Shown: positions 50,961-60,996 of the stretch, one piece after another
Numbering within the stretch: the first letter of the stretch is position 1
Layout of the letters: each line of letters begins with the position of its first letter
Assembly: GCA_963825055.1 (NCBI GenBank)
Contig: CAWGSK010000013.1
Span: forward strand, 64,001 to 128,000
Source of the DNA: an uncultured Gemmatimonadales bacterium
GTDB taxonomy: Bacteria > Gemmatimonadota > Gemmatimonadetes > Gemmatimonadales > GWC2-71-9
Reading direction: 5' to 3'
Length of the DNA: 64,000 bases
Translations under genes and position numbers: made by a program
The notes under the pieces: model-generated
Seen by the model: only the letters and a program-made list of their open reading frames with translations
The model's database searches: none
What the model was told of the DNA's origin: nothing

Positions 50961-52422
50961 ATTCGGTGAACAGGCGGACACCGCTCGCCGTGGGCCCCTT
51001 GACCATGCCGCCGCGTTCCCGGTCGGAATACGCCGTGCCGGCGATATCCAGGTGCGCCCACGGCATGTCTCCCACGAACTCGCGCAGGAACCACCCGGCC
51101 GTGATGGTGCCGGCCGGCCGGCCGCCGCTGTTCTTGATGTCGGCAATGTCGGACTTGATGAGTTCGCGGTAGTCGTCCCACAGGGGCAGTTGCCAGGCCC
51201 GCTCTCCCGCGCGCTCCCCCGCGGCCAGCACCTGGTCCACGACCGACTGGTCCGTCCCCATGACGCCGATGGCCGAGTGACCGAGCGCGATCACCACCGC
51301 GCCGGTGAGCGTCGCGGCGTCCAGCACGCAGGCAGGCTTGTACCGGCTGGCCCACGAGAGCGCATCCGCGAGGAGGAGGCGCCCCTCGGCATCCGTGTTG
51401 ACCACCTCGATGGTCTTGCCCGAATGCGCCCGGACGACGTCACCCGGCTTGTAGGCCGTGGCGGATGGCATGTTCTCGGCCGACGGCACGAGGCCGATCA
51501 CGTGCACCTTCGGCTTGAGCCGGCCCAGCGCCTCGAACGTGCCAAGCACGGCGGCGGCGCCGGACATGTCGAACTTCATCTCCTCCATGTTCGGCGCCGG
51601 CTTGATGGAGATGCCGCCTGTGTCGAAGGTGACACCCTTCCCCACCAGGACGACCGGCGCGCCCTTTGCGCCCCTGTATTCCAGCGCGATGAACCGCGGC
51701 TCGTTGGCACTCCCCTGCGCCACGGCCAGCAGCGCCCCCATCCCCTCCTTCTTCATGGCATCACGATCCAGCACCGTGACCTTGAATCCGTGCCGCTTTG
51801 CCAGGTCCCTGGCCGTGTCCGCCAGGAAAGCCGGCGTGCACATGTTGCCGGGCAGCATCTGCAGCCCCCGCGCGAACACGTGGCCCTCGCCGATGGCGGC
51901 CCCGCGCTCGAGCCCGGCCTCCACCTTCTTGTTCCCCTTCGGGACCAGGACCGCGAACCTCTCGAGGTCCACCGGCTTCTCCTCGGGTGGCTGCTTGAGC
52001 GCGTCGTACGCCCACGCGCCCTGCGCCAGCCCCTCGGCCATGGCCTGTCCGGCGCGCATCGGGCCGACCTGCTCCAGCAGTGCCGGATCCGGACAGAACA
52101 CCGCCTCCGCGACACCGGCCTTTGCCGCACGGCGGGACGCGACACTGGCGGCGGTCCGGAGTCGGGCGACGTCCACTTCCTCCACCTTGCCCATCCCCAC
52201 AACCAGAATCCGCTCGGCAGGACCGGGCGGATAGAGAATGGCAACGTCGTCCTTCCGACCCCGGAAGTCACGCGATCCAAGCAGCCGCGTCAGGGAACCG
52301 TCCGCCGCCTTGTCCAGTGCGGTGAAGGCCTTCGGCAACTCGCCCTCGGTGACGGCGAGGGCGAGGAAAGGAGTCTTGTGGCTCTCGGGGGTTCCGAACA
52401 CGATACGGCTGGCAAGGGACAT
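50938..52422 (-). CDS. pepA: Leucyl aminopeptidase (M17)
   Basis: GKGVTFDTGG.SIK, MKFDMSGAA, NTDAEGRL, ATLTGA, HLDIAG. Confidence 0.97.
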   Translation of the reverse strand: MSLASRIVFGTPESHKTPFLALAVTEGELPKAFTALDKAADGSLTRLLGSRDFRGRKDDVAILYPPGPAERILVVGMGKVEEVDVARLRTAASVASRRAAKAGVAEAVFCPDPALLEQVGPMRAGQAMAEGLAQGAWAYDALKQPPEEKPVDLERFAVLVPKGNKKVEAGLERGAAIGEGHVFARGLQMLPGNMCTPAFLADTARDLAKRHGFKVTVLDRDAMKKEGMGALLAVAQGSANEPRFIALEYRGAKGAPVVLVGKGVTFDTGGISIKPAPNMEEMKFDMSGAAAVLGTFEALGRLKPKVHVIGLVPSAENMPSATAYKPGDVVRAHSGKTIEVVNTDAEGRLLLADALSWASRYKPACVLDAATLTGAVVIALGHSAIGVMGTDQSVVDQVLAAGERAGERAWQLPLWDDYRELIKSDIADIKNSGGRPAGTITAGWFLREFVGDMPWAHLDIAGTAYSDRERGGMVKGPTASGVRLFTEFVLARQG

Positions 52423-52493
52423 GGGGACAGGCCGGCAGCTGGGGAGCGGATGGATGGCACCTCGGGACGGCACAAGCTAACGCCGCTCACCGG

Positions 52494-52517
52494 AAAAGAA
52501 AACGCCGCAAAGCGGCG
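52494..52517 (-). terminator. Intrinsic terminator after the ECF/CBM48 operon
   Basis: Minus strand CGCCGC-TTT-GCGGCG-TTTTCTTTT. Confidence 0.7.
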
Positions 52518-52550
52518 CCCCCAACCACTTTCGCCCATGCGGGCGGGCGG

Positions 52551-53726
52551 TTACTCCGTCATGAAGACGCCTGCCGCACCGCCGAAACCATCATCCACGG
52601 CGGGCAGTCCCGGCGGAACGTCCCAGGGACCGTCGTCCACCTGGATGTTCACCTCGTGCCGGCCGGGTGGGATCCGGAGGCGTGCAGTCCAGGTCCCCGA
52701 CGGACCAGGCATGAGATCGACGATCCGCCACGCGGTGAAGTCCCCCATTATCCGCACCCGGTCCGCGCCCGGAAGGCGAACCCGGAGCAGCACCTGGTCG
52801 TCGGGAAGACGCGCCGCGGTGAACGCGAGGCCCCCGCGTGAGGGCCGCACGCGGGACCCGGGCCCCGCGTCGGTGGCAACCTTACCCGGCAGGGCCAGCC
52901 GCAGGCCCAGCGTGTGGTAGTCGCCACTCGGGCGTCCGGAGATGAGGTCCGCAGGGTAGCGTCCGATCGACCCGACGATGCCGACCCCCGGCTGGATCCA
53001 CCACGTCGCGTGTGCCTGCCATGACATGGCGCCGGCATCGCGCCCGAAACGCCGCCCCAGCCCGGTGCCCACATCGAAAAGCCGGCCGTGCCAGTCGGCG
53101 GAGATGAGGGCGTCGGCGAAGTCGCCAGGAAAGCCCCGGGTGGAGGTGTCGGGCGCCACCTGGTCGATGGTGCCCGGCAGGCGCGGCCTCGATCCCGCCG
53201 CCCGCCCGCCGGTGATCGTCGTCCAGACCACGCCAAGGCCGAAGGACAGCGAGCCGAAGCGCCGGCTGGCGGCGCCCTCGACGCGGCCGACAGGAAAGGC
53301 CACGGTGCCATCCGTCCCGGCGCCACCCCGAACGTCGGCGGACCAGGCGATGTCACCCGCGTCACCTTCCAGCCCAAGGCCGAGCAGCGCGGACCCCCCG
53401 CTGGTGCGGGTCGGGGCCCGCTCCCACGACCCACGGAGGCCCGGTACCATACGGATGCCGCTGCCGAGCGGTATCCGGTAGCGCGCGGAGAATCCCGCAC
53501 CGCCTCCCCAGAACGGGCCGGCCCAGTCGGCCCAGCGCGCGTGGGCCTGGAGGTCCCACGCCGCGCGGCGAAACGCAAGTGAAGGCGCGAGGGAGACCAC
53601 GCCCCGATCGCTGACCGCTCCGCTGCTTCCCTGCCCCACACCGACATCCATCCAGCCGGTGACCTGCGCGCCGGCCGCCGGTGCCACTGCCAGCGAGAAG
53701 CCGAGGATCATGACGCGCCGTATCAT
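52551..53726 (-). CDS. Secreted/outer-membrane beta-rich protein with C-terminal CBM48-like domain
   Basis: Signal peptide AGAQ; amphipathic strands; ADRVRIMGDFTAW...W...IPPGRH..VD. Confidence 0.75.
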   Translation of the reverse strand: MIRRVMILGFSLAVAPAAGAQVTGWMDVGVGQGSSGAVSDRGVVSLAPSLAFRRAAWDLQAHARWADWAGPFWGGGAGFSARYRIPLGSGIRMVPGLRGSWERAPTRTSGGSALLGLGLEGDAGDIAWSADVRGGAGTDGTVAFPVGRVEGAASRRFGSLSFGLGVVWTTITGGRAAGSRPRLPGTIDQVAPDTSTRGFPGDFADALISADWHGRLFDVGTGLGRRFGRDAGAMSWQAHATWWIQPGVGIVGSIGRYPADLISGRPSGDYHTLGLRLALPGKVATDAGPGSRVRPSRGGLAFTAARLPDDQVLLRVRLPGADRVRIMGDFTAWRIVDLMPGPSGTWTARLRIPPGRHEVNIQVDDGPWDVPPGLPAVDDGFGGAAGVFMTE

Positions 53727-54256
53727 GGCCGCGGCCCCGCTGGCGAGTCCGCAAACTCGCGACCCATCGAGACGAAATCGGCATCGCTCGCCCCTGTCCG
53801 GGCGAGATCGATCACGCGCTGCTCGGCCGCACCGGGCGACATGCCGCCCGATACGAGGTCAGTGAGGATACCCAGCGGCACCACGAGCGCCCCGGGCGGG
53901 CGGGTATCGCGAAGCCGCCCCAGGGCGGGCACACTCACACCAGCCCGCAGTGCCGCTGCTCCCGCGGTCACATCGGCCTCCGGGCTGTCCGGACCCAGCA
54001 CTGCGCGCGACGCACGGAGCGAGGCAAGTACCTGCCCCACTACGACGATGATGCGGGGCTCCGGTGCGCCCTTGCTCACCCCTTCCAGCGTCTTGAGCAG
54101 GAGAGGCCGCGTGGGCAGCGCCTCTTCCCGCGCCGAATCCACCATCGCGTCGATCGCCCGGGCCAGCGTGGGAGACAGCTTGCCCTCGAGTCGGGCCTCC
54201 TGGGCGTGCGCGGAGGCAGTGGCGAAGAGGAGGAGAACGAAGGGGAGCCCTTTCAT
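53723..54256 (-). CDS. Hypothetical secreted helical protein
   Basis: Signal peptide AHAQ; 4-nt overlaps with both neighbours. Confidence 0.75.
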   Translation of the reverse strand: MKGLPFVLLLFATASAHAQEARLEGKLSPTLARAIDAMVDSAREEALPTRPLLLKTLEGVSKGAPEPRIIVVVGQVLASLRASRAVLGPDSPEADVTAGAAALRAGVSVPALGRLRDTRPPGALVVPLGILTDLVSGGMSPGAAEQRVIDLARTGASDADFVSMGREFADSPAGPRP

Positions 54257-54756
54257 GAGCTGCGCGCGACCGTGATGACGGAGGTGGGCGTGCCGTAGTC
54301 GTCGAGGGCGGCTGGCTCCGAGGGATCGCCTACCCAGCGGCTGCCGTCGACCACGAACGTGTAGTGGTAGCGGCCGGGCGGCAGGGGCACCACCAGCACC
54401 CAGCGGCCATCGCTCTCCTCGCGGAGCGGTGTGCCGGCCGGGTCCCAGTCATTGAAGTCCCCCACCAGCGCCACCCGCGCCGCCTCGGGAGCGCGAAGTT
54501 CGAAATGCACGGCGGTCGTGCCCGGCGTCGTACCTGGCGTGGAAATCGATCGCAGCAGCAGCCAGCCGCCGAGGAGCAGCACGACGGCCGCCGCCAGGCG
54601 CAGGAAGGCCGGAGGAAGCCAGGCCAGGCGCGCGGTGGGTCGATGCGCCCGGACCTGCGACATGACGCGGTGATCGAGCCCGGGATTGAGCTCCACCGGC
54701 TGCCGCAGCGCCTCGATCGCACGTTTCAGGGTGTCCTGGTCGTCCGCAGCGCTCAT
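54253..54756 (-). CDS. Putative anti-sigma factor: single TM plus CBM48-like (isoamylase early set) domain
   Basis: Short N-terminal helix, TM, then ARVALVGDFNDWD...LPPGRYHYTFVVDG..W..DP. Confidence 0.8.
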   Translation of the reverse strand: MSAADDQDTLKRAIEALRQPVELNPGLDHRVMSQVRAHRPTARLAWLPPAFLRLAAAVVLLLGGWLLLRSISTPGTTPGTTAVHFELRAPEAARVALVGDFNDWDPAGTPLREESDGRWVLVVPLPPGRYHYTFVVDGSRWVGDPSEPAALDDYGTPTSVITVARSS

Positions 54757-55319
54757 GACATTTCCCCCGCCAGCAGTTCGCGCAGCCGCTCGCAGGCCCG
54801 CATCACGCGCATCTTGAGCGCGGACACGCCGGCGCCGGTCAACTCCGCCATCTCCTCATAGTTCATCCCTTCCACGTGCCGGAGCAGGAACGCCTGCCGG
54901 TGCGCCGGGGGCACACGATCGAGCGCGTCACCGATCGCCTCGCGCCACGCGAAGGACTCCGCCTGGTCCGGGGCCAGCCCGGGGACGTCAGGCGGGAGGT
55001 CCGAACCTTCGACCTGGTCGGTCCGGATCCGCCGTCGGCGCCGCGTCCGGCAGCGGTTGGCCAGGATGCGGAAGAACCACGCCCCGAACCGGTCCGGGTT
55101 CTCGCAGCGGGGGAGCGCCCGGTAGGCCCGGACGAGGGCGTCCTGCAGGGCCTCCTCAGCGTCCTCCGGGTTCCCGATCATGTGCGTGGCGTACCGGCCG
55201 TAGCGCACCCGGTAGCGCGCCACCAGGTGCCGATAGGCCTCGACCTCCCCTGCCAGCACGCGGCGTACGAGGTCGCCGTCGCTGGTGTCCACGTGAGAAA
55301 GACCTTCAAGGCGGGGCAT
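54753..55319 (-). CDS. ECF RNA polymerase sigma factor (start may be slightly downstream)
   Basis: DAEEALQDALVRAY, FGAWFFRILANRC, LRHVEGMNYEEMAELTG..ALKMRVMRA. Confidence 0.93.
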   Translation of the reverse strand: MPRLEGLSHVDTSDGDLVRRVLAGEVEAYRHLVARYRVRYGRYATHMIGNPEDAEEALQDALVRAYRALPRCENPDRFGAWFFRILANRCRTRRRRRIRTDQVEGSDLPPDVPGLAPDQAESFAWREAIGDALDRVPPAHRQAFLLRHVEGMNYEEMAELTGAGVSALKMRVMRACERLRELLAGEMS

Positions 55320-55401
55320 CGGTCACAGGGCTCCGGGGGCGGGATGCCTGGGAGACGCCGGACCCTGCCCCTCCCAACACCGCCCCGCCGGGCGGTCGGG
55401 G

Positions 55402-55461
55402 ACAGGCGGGAACAGGGCGGACGGGAAGAGGGCGGACGTGAATAGGACGGACGGGATGTCG
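55402..55461. repeat. Four degenerate 15-bp tandem repeats
   Basis: ACAGGCGGGAACAGG/GCGGACGGGAAGAGG/GCGGACGTGAATAGG/ACGGACGGGATGTCG. Confidence 0.55.
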
Positions 55462-55574
55462 GGTGTCGCCGAAGCTCGATCGTCCCGGAGCGGACGTCAG
55501 TGAGCGGTGGCATGCTCGCGATCTGGCCGTTGGACGCGTACGGGGGCCGCGGAGGGACGAGCGAGCAAGGCGGG

Positions 55575-58073
55575 CTAGAACTCCTTCTGAAGCAGCTCCA
55601 GGGCGCGTACCAGATCCGGCACCTCGTCCAGCACCGGGAGCAGAGGGTCTTCCTTCATACCGGTCAGGCGTTCGGGCATGGTTTCTATCGTGAATGCGGC
55701 AATCGAAAGGTCGGGGTTGACTTCGTCCCAGGTCAGCGGCGTTGAGACCGGGGCGCCGGGGAGCGGTCGGACGCTGTAGGGGGCCACCAGGAGCCGCCCG
55801 TGGCCGTTCTGGAGGAAGTCCACGTAGACCTTTCCCTTCCGGCGGGAGACCTGGCGGGTAATGGTCGCAATTTCCGGCAGGCGCTTCACGATCGCCCGGG
55901 CCAGCACCTCGCCGAGGGCGCGGGTCTGCTCGAACGTGAACTGGCGGCCAACCGGCACCAGGACGTGCAGGCCGCTCGAGCCGCTGGTCTTGATGTAGTT
56001 GGGCAGCGCGCACCGCTCGCAGAGGGCGTGCAGTTCGTTCGCGATGGCCACGACATCCCCGAAGGGCGCCTCCTTCGGGTCCAGGTCCAGGATGCACCAG
56101 TCGGGCCGCTCGAGCGTGCTGATCCGGCTACCCCAGACATGCAGCGGAATCGCCGCGCTGTTGGCGAGGTAGATGAGCGACGCGATGTCGTCACAGACGA
56201 AGTAGTCGATCTCGCGCTCGGCGTGTTCGCTCCACATCCGCTCGGTGCGAAGCCACTCCGGGATGTACTCCGGCGCGTCCTTCTGGAAGAAGCTCTTGCC
56301 GTCGATCCCGTCCGGATATCGCGTCAGGACCACCAGCCGGTCCTTGAGGAACGGCAGGACCCAGTCGGCCACGCCGCGGTAGTACGCGATGAGGTCGCCC
56401 TTGGTGTAGCCCTCCTCCGGCCAGAAGACCTTGTCCACGTTGGACAGCGGCACCTGGTCGGGGTCCATGGGCGGGATCTCCACGACGGGCAGTGGCGGCG
56501 GCTCGCCCTCCGACTCATCGTGCAGTTCGGCGATTTCCTTGTCATCCCGGAAGCGCTCGAACACCGGGTGGCGCAGCAGCCCTTCCTTCGTCCGCTCCTT
56601 GAAGCGGACCTGCGCCACGAATTCGGGTTCCACCCACGTCGTGTCCTTGAGCTTCGGCGCGCCCTCGCAGGGCGGATCCTTCCGGGCCGAGGCCTCGAGG
56701 CTGGCCCGGATCTCGCCGAGCCTCGCCGGGTCCAGCCCGCTGCCCGCCCGTCCCGCGTACACGAGCCGGCCGTCTCGGCGCTCAGCCAGGTGGAGGGCAC
56801 CAATGCCGTCCCGGCTCCCTTTCGGCTCGGTGAACCCGACCACCGCGAAGTCCCCGTTCTGGTCAGCCCGGATCTTGACCCAGTCGGCGCTCCGGCCCAT
56901 GTGGTACGGGCTGTCGGCCTTCTTCCCGACGATACCCTCCAGCCCGAGGGCCGTCACCTTCTCGTACAGGGCCTCCCCCAGTTCCTCGAAGTCCTCGACA
57001 TACCGGAGCGGCCCGACCGGCGGGAGTACGCGTCGGAGCAGCGCCTTCCGCTCGCGCAGGGGCATGCGTCGAAGGTCCCGCCCCTCCAGGGAGAGCAGGT
57101 CGAAGGCGAAATAGGTAACGGGGTTGCCCGCCGAGGCGACCGCGACGTCCCGCGGGCGGGAGAGGCGGGCGCGCTCCTGCAGCCGGTCGAAGCTCGGCAT
57201 GCCATCGGCGCCGAGTGCCACGACCTCGCCGTCCATCAGGAAATCGTGGAACGGCAGCGACTTCACGGCGAGCGCGACTTCGGGAAAGTTGGTGGCGGCG
57301 TCGTTTCCGTTCCGGGTGCGTACCACCACCTCGCCATCGCGGCGGCCGGCCAGGATCCGGTAGCCGTCCAGCTTGAGCTCGAAGAGCCACCCCTTCCGGG
57401 TGAAGGGGCTGTCGCGCTGCTCGGCCAGCATCGGGCTCACCTCGTCGGGAGCGGGCGCGGGGTCGGTCACGCCGTCGGCATCGAGTTCCTGCCGGAGGGC
57501 CTCGCCGGGATGCACGCCGTCCCGCAGCTCCTCCACGGTGAGGCCCGACAGGATGGACTGCGGCGGCACCGTACTGTCGTCCTGTTCGGTCCCCTCGGCT
57601 TTCTCCCGTATCAGGAGCCACTCGTTCTCGCCCTTCTTGAGCTTCACCAGCGTCCAGATGCCGCGCATCTTGTAGCCCCGCAGCTCGAACAGCAGCTTGC
57701 CCTTCTTCCATCCCTCCTCGATGTCCTCGAGCGGGAGCCACACCCCGCGGTCCCAGAGGATCACCGCGCCCGCGCCATAATTTCCCTCCGGGATCAGGCC
57801 CTCGAAGTCGCCGTAGTCGAGCGGGTGGTCCTCCACATGGACCGCCAGGCGCTTCTCCTTCGGGTCCAGGCTGGGCCCCTTCGGGACCGCCCACGACTTG
57901 AGCACCCCGTCCATCTCCAGCCGGAGGTCGTAGTGCAGCCGGCGGGCGGCGTGCTGCTGGATGACGAAGCGCTGGCCGCCCGGCCGGATGGCCTTGCCGG
58001 CGGGCTCCGGTGTGCGGCTGGGGGTGCGTTTCTCCCGGTAACGCTTGAGGGGGTCGGGTCCGGTTGCGGGCAT
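55575..58073 (-). CDS. ligD: DNA ligase D (phosphoesterase-ligase-polymerase)
   Basis: HAARRLHYDLRLE..SWAVPKGPS, ELKLDGYR, EGIVGK, RYPDG..FFQK, DLDP, KTSGSSGLH. Confidence 0.97.
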   Translation of the reverse strand: MPATGPDPLKRYREKRTPSRTPEPAGKAIRPGGQRFVIQQHAARRLHYDLRLEMDGVLKSWAVPKGPSLDPKEKRLAVHVEDHPLDYGDFEGLIPEGNYGAGAVILWDRGVWLPLEDIEEGWKKGKLLFELRGYKMRGIWTLVKLKKGENEWLLIREKAEGTEQDDSTVPPQSILSGLTVEELRDGVHPGEALRQELDADGVTDPAPAPDEVSPMLAEQRDSPFTRKGWLFELKLDGYRILAGRRDGEVVVRTRNGNDAATNFPEVALAVKSLPFHDFLMDGEVVALGADGMPSFDRLQERARLSRPRDVAVASAGNPVTYFAFDLLSLEGRDLRRMPLRERKALLRRVLPPVGPLRYVEDFEELGEALYEKVTALGLEGIVGKKADSPYHMGRSADWVKIRADQNGDFAVVGFTEPKGSRDGIGALHLAERRDGRLVYAGRAGSGLDPARLGEIRASLEASARKDPPCEGAPKLKDTTWVEPEFVAQVRFKERTKEGLLRHPVFERFRDDKEIAELHDESEGEPPPLPVVEIPPMDPDQVPLSNVDKVFWPEEGYTKGDLIAYYRGVADWVLPFLKDRLVVLTRYPDGIDGKSFFQKDAPEYIPEWLRTERMWSEHAEREIDYFVCDDIASLIYLANSAAIPLHVWGSRISTLERPDWCILDLDPKEAPFGDVVAIANELHALCERCALPNYIKTSGSSGLHVLVPVGRQFTFEQTRALGEVLARAIVKRLPEIATITRQVSRRKGKVYVDFLQNGHGRLLVAPYSVRPLPGAPVSTPLTWDEVNPDLSIAAFTIETMPERLTGMKEDPLLPVLDEVPDLVRALELLQKEF

Positions 58074-58099
58074 ACCGGCAATATCATACTGTACAGTCC

Positions 58100-58942
58100 A
58101 TGAGCGCACGTCCCATCGCCGCGGCCAACATCTCCTTCGGCCTGGTCTCGGTGCCGGTCAAGCTGTACTCCTCCTCGGAGTCCTCGGCCAGCATCTCGTT
58201 CAACTGGCTGCACAAGGAGTGCAGCTCGCGGCTCAAGCAGCAGTACATCTGCACCAATGACGACCAGGTCGTCAGCCGTGACGACATGGTCAAGGGCTAC
58301 GAGTTCGCCAAGGGTCAGTACGTCACCTTCACGCCCGAAGAGCTGAAGACCCTGGACGAAAAGGCCACCAACAGCATCGATGTCAGCGAGTTCGTCCCGC
58401 TCGAGGAGGTCGAGCGGCTCTATCTCGACAAGACCTACTATCTGGGGCCCGACAAGGGCGGCGACCGGGCCTACCGGCTGCTGGCGAAGGCGCTGGAGGA
58501 AACCGGCCGCGCGGCGGTGGGCCAGTACGCGGCCCGCGGGCGGCAGTACCTCATCCTCATCCGTCCGAAGAACGGCATGCTGGTGCTCGAGCAGTTGCAC
58601 TACGCCGACGAGATGCGCCCCGCCACCGAGGTCCCGCTGGAGGAGGGCGAGGTCAAGCCGACCGAGCTCGAACTCGCCAAGCAGCTCATCGAGCAGACCG
58701 CCACCGACGAGTTCCACCCGGAGCGTTACAAGGACACCGTGCGCGACCGCGTCATGGAAGCGATCCAGGGCAAGGTGGAGGGCGAGGAGATCACCGCCGC
58801 GCCCGCCGAGGAACCGCAGGCCAAGATCATCGACCTCATGGCCGCCCTCAAGGCCAGCCTCGCGAAGAAGGGCGAGGGAGCCGGCGAGGATGCTGAAGAG
58901 AAGCCGGCGAAGAAGAAGGCCGCGAAGAAGAAGGCGGGATGA
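58100..58942 (+). CDS. ku: Non-homologous end joining protein Ku
   Basis: ISFGLVSVPVKLY, VKGYE, YYLGP, AYRLL, IIDLMAALKASL, Lys-rich tail. Confidence 0.97.
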   Translation: MSARPIAAANISFGLVSVPVKLYSSSESSASISFNWLHKECSSRLKQQYICTNDDQVVSRDDMVKGYEFAKGQYVTFTPEELKTLDEKATNSIDVSEFVPLEEVERLYLDKTYYLGPDKGGDRAYRLLAKALEETGRAAVGQYAARGRQYLILIRPKNGMLVLEQLHYADEMRPATEVPLEEGEVKPTELELAKQLIEQTATDEFHPERYKDTVRDRVMEAIQGKVEGEEITAAPAEEPQAKIIDLMAALKASLAKKGEGAGEDAEEKPAKKKAAKKKAG

Positions 58943-58946
58943 CGGC

Positions 58947-59047
58947 AGTGAGTAGTGAGTAGTGAGTAGTGAGTAGTGTTTCGGAAGGTAGTTCCTCTCG
59001 CGCCGGCCTCACCGTAAAGCACTATTCACTAATCACCACTCACTCAT
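58947..59047. repeat. Bipartite heptamer element after ku
   Basis: (AGTGAGT)x4 at 58947-58974; degenerate complement CACTATT CACTAAT CACCACT CACTCAT at 59020-59047. Confidence 0.85.
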
Positions 59048-59061
59048 CCCCGGACCTGCTC

Positions 59062-60367
59062 TTGCACCGCTGCCTCTTCGTTATCGCGTTCCTCGCCGCC
59101 GCACCGTCCCTCCAGGCGCAGTCCCTGTCACCCGTAGAGCAGCGCATCACGGCGTCCGTCGATGCCGGCGTTCCGGCGTCGCTGGCGCTGCTGGAACGGG
59201 TCGTCAACATCAACAGCGGAACCATGAACCAGGACGGCGTGCGCAAGGTCGGCGCCGTGTTCCAGTCGGCCTTCGATTCGCTGGGGTTCGCGACGGAATG
59301 GAAGGACGGCGCGCGATGGGGACGGGCCGGTCACCTGGTGGCGACACGCACGGGAGACGGCCGTGGACCGAAGGTTCTCTTCATCGGGCACCTCGACACC
59401 GTCTTCGAACCCGACTCGCCGTTCCAGCGGTTCGAGCGCCTGGGGGCGGACAGCGCCCGCGGCCCGGGCACCACGGACATGAAGGGCGGCAACGTCGTCA
59501 TGCTGCTCGCGCTGCGGGCACTGCAGGACGCGAAGCTGCTGGATCGCATCCAGGTCACCGTGGTGCTCATGGGCGATGAAGAGGACAGCGGCGAGCCGCT
59601 CTCCCTCGCGCGGGCGGACCTGGTCAATGCCGCGAAATGGGCCGACGTTGCCATCGGGTTCGAGGATGGTGACGACGACCCGCGCACCGCCGTCATCGGG
59701 CGCCGGGGCGTGGCCGGCTGGACGCTCAGGACCTCGGGGACACCGTACCACAGCTCACAGATCTTCCAGCCCGAAGTCGGAAGCGGGGCCATCTTCGAGG
59801 CCGCCAGGATCCTGTCGGCGTTCCGTGACTCCCTCGCCGGCGAACCCAACCTCACGTTCAACCCCGGCGTGATTGTCGGCGGCACCACCATCACAGCTCG
59901 ATCCGGTCACCCAGCGCGGCACCGCGTTCGGCAAGAGCAACGTCGTCGCGGAGAGCACCGTCGTCACCGGCGACATCCGGACGCTGGCTCCCGCCCAGCT
60001 TGCCCGCGCCCGGGCGAGGATGCAGGCCATCGTCGCGCGACATTACCCGCGGACGGGGGCCACGATCGAGTTCGGCGAGGGCTATCCTCCCATGGCCCCG
60101 ACCGACGGCAACCGCCGGCTGCTGGCGATGATCGACCAGGCCAGCCGGGACCTCGGCGCCGGTCCCGTCACCGCGGTCGACCCGGCCCGGGCCGGCGCGG
60201 CTGACGTCTCCTTCGCCGCGGATTACGTCGACATGGCGGTGGACGGCATGGGGCTCCTCGGACGAGGCGGCCACACCGTGGAGGAAACAGCCGACCTCAC
60301 GACACTGCCTTTGCAGGCGAAGCGGGTGGCGGTGGCGCTGGCGAGGATAGCGAAGGACACGCGGTAG
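59062..60367 (+). pseudogene. Secreted M20 peptidase (carboxypeptidase G2-like) with a frameshift near 59896; possibly a sequencing error
   Basis: GHLDTVF, GPGTTDMKGG, GDEE; continues in another frame as GTAFGKSNVV...DGMG..GGHT. Confidence 0.85.
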
Positions 60368-60408
60368 GCAACAGGCAGTCGCACGCATACTCGAACAGGG
60401 GAGTTCCC

Positions 60409-60996
60409 ATGTTGAGCCGCACTCTCGCCGTGACGGTCCTTCTCGTGAGCGCGGCCGCGCCCATCCGCGCCCAGGACGCCTCCCCGACGCTGTCCGGGAC
60501 CGACACCGAGTTGCTCGACAATACCCTGGAACTCCGTTTCGGGTGCGACCCGATGGAACTGGCGGCGGCCGAAGGCTCGTCGTTCTCCGCCAGTATCGGC
60601 GGGGAGTCGGTCGAGGGGCACGCCGTCTGGGGCGTCGAGCGCGACGGCGACCTGATCCTGATACTGGGGAAGTTCGAGGGCACCGGCGGCCAGTGCCTGA
60701 TCTTGGCCAGCCACGACGGCCCGCCGGAAGTCGGCGCCTGGCCCGTGATCGCCCTCTCCCCCGCGCTCATGAACGGGGAACTCGAGGGACGCCACTTCGC
60801 CGGCGGCTGGTTCGCCAAGGTGGACACGATCGGTCACACGCTGGTTCCCGACTCGGGGACTCTCGTGTTCACATCCCTGGAAAGCGGGAAGCTCACGGGC
60901 TCGTTCATGCTGGATGGATGGACCGTCACCGAGGGGGAGCCGGAGACGGGGCGGCTCAGGATCGAGGGAACCTTCGTGGCGGTGGAGCCGAAGTAG
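60409..60996 (+). CDS. Hypothetical secreted beta-rich protein
   Basis: SD GGGGAG, signal peptide (IRAQ), typical codon bias. Confidence 0.7.
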   Translation: MLSRTLAVTVLLVSAAAPIRAQDASPTLSGTDTELLDNTLELRFGCDPMELAAAEGSSFSASIGGESVEGHAVWGVERDGDLILILGKFEGTGGQCLILASHDGPPEVGAWPVIALSPALMNGELEGRHFAGGWFAKVDTIGHTLVPDSGTLVFTSLESGKLTGSFMLDGWTVTEGEPETGRLRIEGTFVAVEPK

